Source: an uncultured Acidobacteriota bacterium (GTDB taxonomy: Bacteria > Acidobacteriota > Vicinamibacteria > Vicinamibacterales > UBA2999). Taken from it: 64,000 nt of DNA. The stretch's first letter is position 1. Every line of letters starts with the position of its first letter. Where the stretch lies: contig CAWFGB010000012.1 in NCBI GenBank assembly GCA_963815285.1, positions 194,777-258,776 on the forward strand, read 5' to 3'. Both the position numbers and the translations under genes were made by a program. Positions 21,176 through 29,436 of the stretch are shown one piece after another. The notes under the pieces are model-generated. The model did no database searches and was not told the origin of the DNA. It saw only the letters and a program-made list of their open reading frames with translations.

Positions 21176-23752
21176 TCAGAAGGAGAAGCGCCAGCCCATT
21201 TCCACGCGCCGCGCGGCCTGCGCCGATGTCGCTTGCATGAAGAAATCCGACGTCTCAACGCCGACAAAGTTGGACTTGTTCACGGTGTTGAGCAGGTTCG
21301 ATGCCCACAGATAGACCTCAAAGCGCCGTTGGCTTTCAGCCGGCCGTCCGCCCGGCCCCCCGGGCCCACGGGGGCCGCCACCGCCACCACCTGGACCGCG
21401 TTGCAGCAGTGCGCTGCCCGAGGGACGCATCGACGGCAGCGTCCATGACACCCGCAGGTCAGTCTGCGTGGTGGCGGTGCCCTGCAGACTGTTGCGCGTC
21501 ACACCGGCCGGCCGATCGTTGAAGAACGCATCACCGTTGTTATCACGGCCGGTCGTCCAGTTGTAGTAGCCACCCGAGTTCCACCGGCCGTTGACCGAAA
21601 TGAACAGGCCCACGCGCTGGATGGGCACGCCAACGTTCCAATTGAACCGGTGGCGCACTTCGCGAGTTCGCGCCCACTCGGACCCGAACTCGCCCGTCGC
21701 CGGCGGCGTGAACTCGTCGTCCGCGTCGTTCATGTTGTTCGACAAGCCATAGCGAACGTTGCTGAACATGCCCTGACGCGGCGAGTAGTTGAGATCGACG
21801 TTGAAGCCGACGCGGCGGGCGCGGCCGATCGACTGCACCAGCAACGCCCGGCCGTAGTTCGGATCGGGACGGACGCCGTCAACCGGCGCGTTGAGGTCGA
21901 GTGAACGGAATTCATTATTCGTCGACTCGTAGAAGGTATCGAAGTTCACGCGCATACCTTGCCGGAGCTGATGATTCAGGCCGACCGAGAAGCGTTGCCA
22001 CCGCGGCAGGTCGGCACCGCCCGCCAGGTCGAGACGCGTCGGTGGATCGCGTCGGGTAAAGATATTGCCGCCTTCATACGGGTTCGGGAAGGACGGATTC
22101 TGGATAACGACCTCTTCTTCGGTGGACCCCTGCGCCAGGCGAATCGACTCTTCTTCGACCCGAACGGACATCCAGTCATAGAACCAGCCATAGCCGGCGC
22201 GGAAGTTTGTCGTGTTACGGCGGAACGAACGCGAGACCCCCAAGCGTGGCGCAATCGCGCTGCGATCGCCGATACCACTCTGCAACTCGTAGCGCACGCC
22301 GGCACCGAAATTCCACCGCCACTTCACAAACTCGGCTTGCGCGAACGTCGCTGCCTGGGTCACGCCGACCGTCAACGGCTGCGCGCCGCGGCGCTGGGTA
22401 AACGTCGTCGGCAGCCCAAGGGCGAAGGCCGCGAGGTTGGTGAACGTGTACGTACCGAGTGAGTTGCGCAACTGCCCCTGCTCGTTGCGGTCGTAGTTGA
22501 TCAACGAGCCAACCCGCAACGTATAGGGACGCGCGACGAGCGTGAACATGGCATCGCCCATCACGGAGCGACCGCGATTGGTACCCGTGATCGAGGCCCC
22601 ACCGCGCCGGAAGGAGTTCTGAACGCTGATGGTCGGCGCGATCGTGTCGGGAACGATTTCGTTCCGCGCTTGATCGAATTGCAGGCGCATGTGGTACGGC
22701 CGCCGCTGACCGCCTTCGAGCGAGAACCGCAGTTCGTGGTTCACGCCCTCACTGGTGTAGCCACGCTCGGGATAATCGAGCTCCGAGATGCCCTGGTTGC
22801 CACGTTCCGTTGTGCTGCGCTCATACGACGTTCGAAACAGCGTCTGCTGCGTCAGCAGACCTTCGGTCCGGATCGAGATGCTGCGATTGTCGGACGGTTG
22901 TGTGAGAACCGCAATGTAAGGCCCGTCGAGCGTCACCGCGGAAATGCCCCGGGTATCTTCAGAGGACGAACCCTCGATGTTGGCGGAGAACGACACCCGA
23001 TTGCGCACGAGTGGTCCGGCGGCAAAGGCGTTCATACGAACCGATGTGCCCGCCTTGGTGCCAGCGGCGGCGGCCGCGTTACGTGCCGAGAGGCCGCTCG
23101 GGCGCAGGTTGAGTCCGGCATTGCCGCGCCACCGATCGACGCCTGGCCGCGTGGCGATCTCGACGCGGCCGCGGCCGACATCGTGGAACTCGGCGGAAAA
23201 AGCGTCACGGCGAACGACGATGCGCGCAATCTGATCGCGCGTCGGCAGACGCCCGCCGGAAAAGCCGTCGACGCGGATTGTGGCGCCTGGCCCGGCGATC
23301 TCCTCCAACATTCGCTGCAACTCATCCGGATCGTCGGGCAACTGATCGATCTCCGCCCGGCTCAACGCCTCAGTCAAACCACCAGCTTCGTTCGACTCCG
23401 TTGCCGACACGACAACGTCAGTTTCGATGTTGGCCAGTGCCAGCGGGACGGTGACCAGATGGGTCGTAACCTTCGGCGGATAGATCACTTCCACTTCTTC
23501 AGTGGCGAAGCCCGGCGCTGTGACAATCAACTTCAGGGCCTCGGTGCTACGCAGCGTAATGAGCGCAACGCCCTTGACGTCGGCCACCTGTTCGGCGATC
23601 AAGTCGGAGCCGGCAAGCACGATGATCGAGGCCCCCGGGATGGTCGCGCCCGAGGGGTCGGTGACCAAGACCGTCAGGCGACGATCCTGAGCTGATACGT
23701 TTGAAACCGCCAGGAACACCAGACTAAGGATAAGAACGAGGGTTGAGCGCAT
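21176..23752 (-). CDS. TonB-dependent receptor with carboxypeptidase-regulatory-like N-terminal domain
   Basis: 858 aa. It has a signal peptide, then LTVLVTDPSGATIPGASIIV (CarboxypepD_reg-like), a plug and a beta-barrel with C-terminus ...RRVEMGWRFSF. It contains a Gly/Pro-rich loop (RGPGGGGGGPRGPGGPGGRP). Confidence 0.85.
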   Translation of the reverse strand: MRSTLVLILSLVFLAVSNVSAQDRRLTVLVTDPSGATIPGASIIVLAGSDLIAEQVADVKGVALITLRSTEALKLIVTAPGFATEEVEVIYPPKVTTHLVTVPLALANIETDVVVSATESNEAGGLTEALSRAEIDQLPDDPDELQRMLEEIAGPGATIRVDGFSGGRLPTRDQIARIVVRRDAFSAEFHDVGRGRVEIATRPGVDRWRGNAGLNLRPSGLSARNAAAAAGTKAGTSVRMNAFAAGPLVRNRVSFSANIEGSSSEDTRGISAVTLDGPYIAVLTQPSDNRSISIRTEGLLTQQTLFRTSYERSTTERGNQGISELDYPERGYTSEGVNHELRFSLEGGQRRPYHMRLQFDQARNEIVPDTIAPTISVQNSFRRGGASITGTNRGRSVMGDAMFTLVARPYTLRVGSLINYDRNEQGQLRNSLGTYTFTNLAAFALGLPTTFTQRRGAQPLTVGVTQAATFAQAEFVKWRWNFGAGVRYELQSGIGDRSAIAPRLGVSRSFRRNTTNFRAGYGWFYDWMSVRVEEESIRLAQGSTEEEVVIQNPSFPNPYEGGNIFTRRDPPTRLDLAGGADLPRWQRFSVGLNHQLRQGMRVNFDTFYESTNNEFRSLDLNAPVDGVRPDPNYGRALLVQSIGRARRVGFNVDLNYSPRQGMFSNVRYGLSNNMNDADDEFTPPATGEFGSEWARTREVRHRFNWNVGVPIQRVGLFISVNGRWNSGGYYNWTTGRDNNGDAFFNDRPAGVTRNSLQGTATTQTDLRVSWTLPSMRPSGSALLQRGPGGGGGGPRGPGGPGGRPAESQRRFEVYLWASNLLNTVNKSNFVGVETSDFFMQATSAQAARRVEMGWRFSF

Positions 23753-23809
23753 TCATTCCAGTTACGACGGGAACACGCCAGGATTTACCTCGGCAGGTAC
23801 AATATAACG

Positions 23810-24928
23810 ATGGCCACGCTGGGTGACCTCCTGACCGCCCGCACCCGGGGAGGAGATGTCTACGAACGTCTCGATCGGGGATGGATTCGCTGCCATGCTT
23901 GCGGCCACGATTGCCGTATTCCGCCGGGTGCGGCGGGCGTTTGCAAAGTCCGCGTCAATGTCGACGGTGTGTTGCAGGTACCCTGGGGGTACGTCGCGGG
24001 CGTGCAGTGTGATCCGATCGAGAAGAAGCCGTTCTTCCACGCTTGGCCGGGCGCACTCGCCTACAGCTTCGGGATGCTCGGGTGCGACCTGCACTGCGCC
24101 TATTGCCAGAACTGGGTGACCTCTCAGGCACTCCGTGACCCGGCGGCGACCGTGCCGCCCCGCGACGTCACCCCTGAGGATCTGGCCGCCGACGCGTTGC
24201 GTCAGGGCGCTCGCGTTCTCGTCTCGACCTATAACGAACCACTCATTACGGTTGAGTGGGCGCTCGCCGTGTTCAAGGCGGCACGCGCGCACGGCCTGGC
24301 GACCGGATTTGTCTCCAACGGTAATGGAACGTCACAGGTTATCGACTACCTCGCGCCGTGGATCGATCTCTACAAGGTCGATCTCAAGAGCTTCGACGAC
24401 AAGCAGTACCGAAAACTGGGCGGGCGCCTGCAACCAATCCTGGACACCATCCGCGCGCTGCACGCCCGCGGTCTGTGGGTGGAGATCGTCACGCTGCTCA
24501 TCGACGGCTTCAACGACTCGGAGGCCGAGCTCACGAGAATGACCGAGTTCATCGTGTCGGTTTCCTCCGACATCCCGTGGCACGTCACGGCCTTCCATCA
24601 GGACTACCGCATGCAGGATCCGGCGGCGACCACACCGGACATGCTGCGCAAGGCCGCCGGTATCGGCCGACGCGCGGGGCTACGCCACGTGTATGCCGGC
24701 AATCTGCCCGGGATGGTTGGCGATCTGGAGGACACGCGCTGCGCGTCATGCACGCGCGTCCTCGTCGGCCGCTACGGGTACCACATTCGGGACTATCAGG
24801 TGACCGATGACGGTCGTTGCCCGACGTGCGGAACGGTGGTTCCTGGCCGCTGGGATCGCGCGTTTGCCGGACAGATCACGTCGCATCCGTTTTTGCCGCA
24901 CGATCGCACGCGACTTCGCGTCGTCTAG
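23810..24928 (+). CDS. amrS: AmmeMemoRadiSam-system radical SAM enzyme
   Basis: Radical SAM cluster CDLHCAYCQNW, N-terminal Cys pair RCHACGHDC...GVCKVRVN and C-terminal CASC...CPTCG. This architecture is typical of the AmmeMemoRadiSam radical SAM family, which is related to PFL-activating enzymes. Confidence 0.8.
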   Translation: MATLGDLLTARTRGGDVYERLDRGWIRCHACGHDCRIPPGAAGVCKVRVNVDGVLQVPWGYVAGVQCDPIEKKPFFHAWPGALAYSFGMLGCDLHCAYCQNWVTSQALRDPAATVPPRDVTPEDLAADALRQGARVLVSTYNEPLITVEWALAVFKAARAHGLATGFVSNGNGTSQVIDYLAPWIDLYKVDLKSFDDKQYRKLGGRLQPILDTIRALHARGLWVEIVTLLIDGFNDSEAELTRMTEFIVSVSSDIPWHVTAFHQDYRMQDPAATTPDMLRKAAGIGRRAGLRHVYAGNLPGMVGDLEDTRCASCTRVLVGRYGYHIRDYQVTDDGRCPTCGTVVPGRWDRAFAGQITSHPFLPHDRTRLRVV

Positions 24929-24982
24929 CGACGGGGCGCGAGCGCGCCGAAGTCCCGCCAGCCGCAACGGCCGAGTCCTATA

Positions 24983-26017
24983 ATGAATGGACCTGTTCCG
25001 ATGATTCTGGACACCCAGCAGCGCCCGCTCGCCAACCTGCGCCTGTCGGTCACCGATCGCTGCAATCTGCGCTGCCAGTACTGCATGCCCGAGCCCGACT
25101 ACGTCTGGCTTCCGCGGGAAGACATCCTGCAGTTCGAAGAAATCGATCGTCTCGTGGACGTGTTCCTCGACCTCGGCGTCCGCAAGGTGCGCCTGACCGG
25201 CGGCGAGCCCCTGCTGCGCAAAGACGTGCCGGTCCTCGTCGAGCGGCTGGCCCGGAAGGACCGCATCGACGACTTGGCCATGACCACCAACGGCGTGCTC
25301 CTCGCGACCAACGCCGCCGCGCTCAAGGACGCCGGCCTGCATCGTCTGACCATCAGCCTCGACACGCTCCAGCGCGATCGGTTCATCCGCCTGGCGCGCT
25401 ACGACGAGCTCGATCGCGTCATGGCCGGCATCACGACCGCCGCACCGTTGTTCCCCGGCTTCAAGATCGACACGGTGGTCATCCGCGGCGTCAACGACGA
25501 CGAGTTGGTTGCGCTGACTGAGTTTGGCAAGTCGCACGGCGCCGAGGTCCGGTTCATCGAATACATGGACGTGGGCGGCGCGACGCGTTGGCACCGGGAC
25601 AACGTCGTCACTCGCGCGCAGATGCTCGAGACGCTCGCGGAGCACTACGGCGGGGTCGAGCCCTTCGGCGAGCGTGGCTCCGCGCCAGCGGATCGCTTTC
25701 GGCTGGCGGACGGCACCGTCTTCGGTATCATCGCGTCAACGACCGCACCGTTCTGTCGCGACTGCGATCGCAGCCGCCTCACCGCGGACGGCCTCTGGTA
25801 CCTTTGTCTCTATGCCGCGCGCGGCACCGACCTGCGCGGGCCACTGCGGGCGGGCGGGAGCCGTGAGGAACTGGCCGCGCTGGTGTCGCGGACGTGGGAG
25901 CACCGAGTCGATCGTGGCGCCGAATCACGCCTGGCGCTGCGTGATCGGTCGCCGATGATCTCGCTCAGTTCGTTGAAGAGAGATCCGCATCTGGAGATGC
26001 ATACGCGCGGCGGCTGA
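24983..26017 (+). CDS. moaA: GTP 3',8-cyclase (molybdenum cofactor biosynthesis protein A)
   Basis: LRLSVTDRCNLRCQYCMP radical SAM motif, and the C-terminal cluster FCRDCDRSRLTADG with the ...TRGG tail typical of MoaA. The alternative start ATG 25001 is possible. Confidence 0.9.
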   Translation: MNGPVPMILDTQQRPLANLRLSVTDRCNLRCQYCMPEPDYVWLPREDILQFEEIDRLVDVFLDLGVRKVRLTGGEPLLRKDVPVLVERLARKDRIDDLAMTTNGVLLATNAAALKDAGLHRLTISLDTLQRDRFIRLARYDELDRVMAGITTAAPLFPGFKIDTVVIRGVNDDELVALTEFGKSHGAEVRFIEYMDVGGATRWHRDNVVTRAQMLETLAEHYGGVEPFGERGSAPADRFRLADGTVFGIIASTTAPFCRDCDRSRLTADGLWYLCLYAARGTDLRGPLRAGGSREELAALVSRTWEHRVDRGAESRLALRDRSPMISLSSLKRDPHLEMHTRGG

Positions 26018-26025
26018 CGCCGCCC

Positions 26026-26051
26026 GGCCAGTTTGCAACCGCCAAACTGCC
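26026..26051 (+). terminator. Weak hairpin after moaA (possible terminator)
   Basis: GGCCAGTTTG-CAACCGC-CAAACTGCC gives a 9-bp stem with one bulge. No T-run follows, so support is weak. Confidence 0.25.
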
Positions 26052-26121
26052 AGCTCAAGACCCACTGTCACTGCCGACGACAAGAATCTGAACTAACTTT
26101 TGCGCGGCGGCGCGTCTGACC

Positions 26122-26547
26122 TTACGAGCAGTGCTGCGCGAATGCGGCCTGCAGGCGCTCGGCGATGACATCGGCCGGGCAGCCTTCGATCTCGCGCCGC
26201 TCCATCATGTAAACGAGCTTGCCGTCCTTCATCAGCGCGACGGAGGGCGACGATGGAGGGTATGGGAGGAAATGTTCGCGCGCACGAGCGGTGGCTTCGA
26301 TGTCGCCGCCGGCGAACACCGTGCCTAGATGCTCTGGCCGAGCGCCGCCGCGAAGCGCCAGGGCAATCCCGGGGCGTGCCTTTCCTGCTGCGCATCCGCA
26401 CACGGAATTGACGACGACCAAGGTGGTGCCGGCGCGCGTGACCGCCTCGTCCACGAGTGCCGGCGTGCGCAGTTCCTCGAAGCCCAGTCTCGTCAACTCG
26501 TCACGCATCGGCGCCAGAAAGTGCTCCGGATATCCCTGAGAAATCAT
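26122..26547 (-). CDS. BrxA/BrxB-family bacilliredoxin (DUF1094)
   Basis: VVVNSVCGCAAGKARPG (CGC redox motif), then TVFAGGDIEAT and PSSPSVALMKDGKLVYMMERREIEG, a pattern I recognise from YphP/YqiW bacilliredoxins. Confidence 0.85.
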   Translation of the reverse strand: MISQGYPEHFLAPMRDELTRLGFEELRTPALVDEAVTRAGTTLVVVNSVCGCAAGKARPGIALALRGGARPEHLGTVFAGGDIEATARAREHFLPYPPSSPSVALMKDGKLVYMMERREIEGCPADVIAERLQAAFAQHCS

Positions 26548-26738
26548 GAGTCGATCATAGCAGGAGATCTACCGCGGTCCGTTTGGACCCGGGAACTCTC
26601 GGTGCAAGCGCGAAGCAGTCTTCGCAAGCGCTAGCCCCGGCGCTGGTCTTGTCCTCGAAGTCGCGGCCAGAACATAGACCGCTGAGGTCTGCGGCAACCC
26701 CGTGGTTTACGCGCCTGCGCGGTGTTACCCTGTCGCGC

Positions 26739-28013
26739 ATGAGAAAGCGGATCGCCAGTTTTGTCGTGGCACTGTGTGTTCCCGTCGCTACGGCGGCGCA
26801 AACGACGGCGTTTGTCGGCGCCAGGGTCATCGATGGCCGTGGCGGCGTCATCGAGCGCGGCACGGTGGTCGTGCGGGACGGAAAGATCGTCGCAGTCGGA
26901 GCCGCCGCGAGCACCACGGTGCCGGCCGGGGCACAAGAGGTCGACGTGACCAACGCCACGATCATGCCGGGCCTCGTCAACGCACACGGCCACCTGACCG
27001 GCGCCGTCGGCATGCGCAACGACCCGAACGGCTACACCCGCGACAACCTCATTCGTCAGCTCACCACCTATGCGCAGTATGGGGTGACCACTGTCTTCAG
27101 TCTGGGCGACGACCAGGAGGCCGCGTTCGAACTGCGCAACGAGCAAGCCGCCGGTAAGTTTCACGGCGCTCGGTTGTTCGTGGCGGGACCCGTCATCAGC
27201 GGTGCGGCCGCTGATGCCGCCCGGGCGATGACCGACAAGGTCGCCGCCATGAAGCCCGACCTGTTGAAGATCAGAATCGACGACAACCTCGGCTCCTCCC
27301 GCAAAATGCCGGAGGATGCGTGGCGCGCCACCATTGCCCGCGCTGAGGAACTGAAGCTTCCGATCGCCACGCACATCTTCTATCTGGCCGACGCGAAGGC
27401 CGCGTTGATGGCCGGCGCCGACGTCATTGCCCACAGCGTCAGAGATGTGCCGGTCGATGCCGAGTTCGTGCGCGAGCTCAAGGCGCGGAACGCCTGTTAC
27501 ACACCGACGCTGATGCGCGAGGTGTCAACATTCGTGTATGGCGCGACACCGCCATGGGCGCGTGATCCGTTCTTTCTGAAGGGCGCGGGTGCGGCGACGG
27601 CCGACGAGCTGTCCGATCCGTCACGACAGGAGCAGGTGCAGTCGAGTAACGCCCACAAGCAGGGCCTGCGTTACAAGGAAGGGCTTCAGGTCGCCACGCG
27701 CAACCTGAAGACGTTGGTTGACGCCGGCGCCCGCGTGGCCATGGGCACTGACTCGGGGCCAGCGGGACGCTGGCAAGGGTTCTTCGAACATCTCGAACTC
27801 GAGATGATGGTGCAGGCCGGAATGACGCCAATGCAGGTGATCGTGTCGGCGACGGGCGCGGCGGCGGAGTGTCATGGCCGAAGCGGGCAGTTCGGCAGCA
27901 TTCAGCCGGGCGCGTCCGCAGACTTGCTCGTGCTCAACGCCAACCCGCTCAATGACATCCGCAACACACGTCAGATCCGCAGCGTGTGGATTGCCGGACG
28001 GCAGCTGCAATAG
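26739..28013 (+). CDS. Secreted amidohydrolase-family metallohydrolase
   Basis: The ATG at 26739 gives MRKRIASFVVALCVPVATAAQ (signal peptide). GLVNAHGHL is an HxH metal-binding motif, and the fold length matches the amidohydrolase family. Confidence 0.8.
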   Translation: MRKRIASFVVALCVPVATAAQTTAFVGARVIDGRGGVIERGTVVVRDGKIVAVGAAASTTVPAGAQEVDVTNATIMPGLVNAHGHLTGAVGMRNDPNGYTRDNLIRQLTTYAQYGVTTVFSLGDDQEAAFELRNEQAAGKFHGARLFVAGPVISGAAADAARAMTDKVAAMKPDLLKIRIDDNLGSSRKMPEDAWRATIARAEELKLPIATHIFYLADAKAALMAGADVIAHSVRDVPVDAEFVRELKARNACYTPTLMREVSTFVYGATPPWARDPFFLKGAGAATADELSDPSRQEQVQSSNAHKQGLRYKEGLQVATRNLKTLVDAGARVAMGTDSGPAGRWQGFFEHLELEMMVQAGMTPMQVIVSATGAAAECHGRSGQFGSIQPGASADLLVLNANPLNDIRNTRQIRSVWIAGRQLQ

Positions 28014-28108
28014 CCAGGCAACGAATGAACATGCAGGGCAATGAGTCGCCAACCTGAGTGCTTCGTGCGCAGCAGCCAGGAGCGGCAAACCAGATCCATA
28101 CTGCAGCC

Positions 28109-29221
28109 ATGCCCACGGGCTTCGTCCCCTCATCCGAGAACCGCCCGCTCAACCTGTTCGCCGAGAGCGATTTCGCCGAGCAGCGCGCCTTCTTTGAAGC
28201 TCGTCCATGGCTCCAGCCAACGCCATTGCATCGCTGTCCGGCGCTCGCCGAACGGCTCGGCATCGGCCATCTGCTGGCAAAAGACGAAACGGCGCGCTTC
28301 GGGCTGAACGCCTTCAAGGCCGCCGGCGCGATGTTCGCGATTGCGACCCTGCGCGACCACGGCCGGCTTCGCGCGGGTGACACGCTGGTGTGCGCCAGCG
28401 AAGGCAACCACGGCCGTGCCGTCGCCAACGCGGCGCGCGAGGCCGGGTGCGCGGCGAAGGTCTACATGTCCAACCGAGTCGCGCCAGAGCGAGCGCAGGC
28501 CATTCGCAATGAGAGCGCGGAGGTGGAGCTTGTGGATGGCTCGTACGACGAGGCGGTGCGCGTCATGGCCGCTGCCGCCCAGGCCCACGGTTGGACCGTG
28601 ATCTCGGATACCTCGTGGCCCGGATACAGCGAGATCCCACGCCTCATCATGCTCGGCTACACGCGTATTCTCGACGAGGTCGCAATGCAGATGAGCGAGC
28701 CTCAGCCCCGCCCCACCGTCATCTTTGTTCCGGCAGGTGTCGGCGGGCTGCTGGCGGCCGCGGCGTGCTGGGCCGATTGGCGCTATGGATCGACACGACC
28801 TCGCGTGGTGGCCGTCGAACCGGTGAGTGCCGCCTGCGTGCAAACGTCAATGCGTGCTGGTCACCCGCGCAACCTGGCCGGCCCGTTCGACACCGTCATG
28901 GGCGGGCTGCGCTGTGGCGTCATGTCGCCATCAGTGTTTCCAGCCGTCCAGACGCTGGTCGATGCTTGTGTCGGTATCGAAGACGAGTATGCGTTCGAGG
29001 CTATGCGTCTGCTGGCCCGCCCGGCGTCGCCGGACCCGCCCATCGCCTGCGGAGCTTCCGGCGCTGCGGCCCTCGGAGGTCTGATCGCCGTCCTCCAGGA
29101 ACCCGCGCTCGGCAATGTACGCGACCACCTCCGCCTTGGGCCAGAGAGTTGCGCGGTGGTACTGGTGACGGAGGGAGTGACGGAGCCCGCCCTCTACAAT
29201 GAAGTGGTGGCTCGTGCCTGA
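28109..29221 (+). CDS. dpaL: Diaminopropionate ammonia-lyase-like PLP enzyme
   Basis: KDETARFGLNAFKAAGA closely parallels E. coli YgeX KDESKRFGLNAFKMLGG, the PLP-lysine region. About 370 aa from the ATG at 28109. Confidence 0.7.
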   Translation: MPTGFVPSSENRPLNLFAESDFAEQRAFFEARPWLQPTPLHRCPALAERLGIGHLLAKDETARFGLNAFKAAGAMFAIATLRDHGRLRAGDTLVCASEGNHGRAVANAAREAGCAAKVYMSNRVAPERAQAIRNESAEVELVDGSYDEAVRVMAAAAQAHGWTVISDTSWPGYSEIPRLIMLGYTRILDEVAMQMSEPQPRPTVIFVPAGVGGLLAAAACWADWRYGSTRPRVVAVEPVSAACVQTSMRAGHPRNLAGPFDTVMGGLRCGVMSPSVFPAVQTLVDACVGIEDEYAFEAMRLLARPASPDPPIACGASGAAALGGLIAVLQEPALGNVRDHLRLGPESCAVVLVTEGVTEPALYNEVVARA

Positions 29222-29290
29222 CACCGTGCGTCCCAGAAACGGACACATGGGGCCAGTTTTGGCGGAACCTTCTGACGCTAACTCTCGTTT

Positions 29291-29303
29291 TATCAATATG
29301 TTG
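29291..29303 (+). promoter_or_regulatory. Candidate IHF binding site
   Basis: TATCAATATGTTG fits every specified position of the IHF consensus WATCAANNNNTTR. It sits in an AT-rich patch 17 nt upstream of the sigma54 -24 element. Confidence 0.4.
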
Positions 29304-29318
29304 AATGGGCCTGGCTGG

Positions 29319-29335
29319 CTGGCACAGCCTTTGGA
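29319..29335 (+). promoter_or_regulatory. Candidate sigma54 (-24/-12) promoter for the macA-like efflux operon
   Basis: CTGGCAC-AGCCT-TTGGA versus the consensus CTGGCAC-N5-TTGCA. The -24 element is 7/7, the -12 element 4/5, and the spacing is correct. It lies about 100 nt upstream of the ATG at 29437. A sigma54 activator gene lies 5 kb downstream. Confidence 0.55.
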
Positions 29336-29399
29336 CGACTTTTCTGATGGGCCGACATCCAATCAGCCTCAATTCCCCGTCTAAGGTTCCATGTTCCCA

Positions 29400-29429
29400 G
29401 GAACCTTGGAACTTTGGAACCTTGGAACT
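29400..29429. repeat. Short tandem repeat GGAACYTT (8 bp, about 4 copies) in the efflux-operon leader
   Basis: GGAACCTT GGAACTTT GGAACCTT GGAACT, ending 7 nt before the ATG. The first unit pairs with AAGGTTCC (29383-29390) to form an 8-bp hairpin. Confidence 0.85.
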
Positions 29430-29436
29430 ATAAGCA

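Noticed and set aside
21340-21410. Gly/Pro-rich low-complexity segment (RGPGGGGGGPRGPGGPGGRP) in the second TonB receptor, considered as a frameshift or repeat insertion.
   Set aside because: The reading frame is continuous and barrel-like sequence resumes on both sides. It is most simply a disordered extracellular loop.
24929-24982. Moco riboswitch upstream of moaA.
   Set aside because: Only 54 bp of intergenic sequence is available, and I could not recognise the conserved Moco-motif helices. I cannot run a covariance model, so no call is made.
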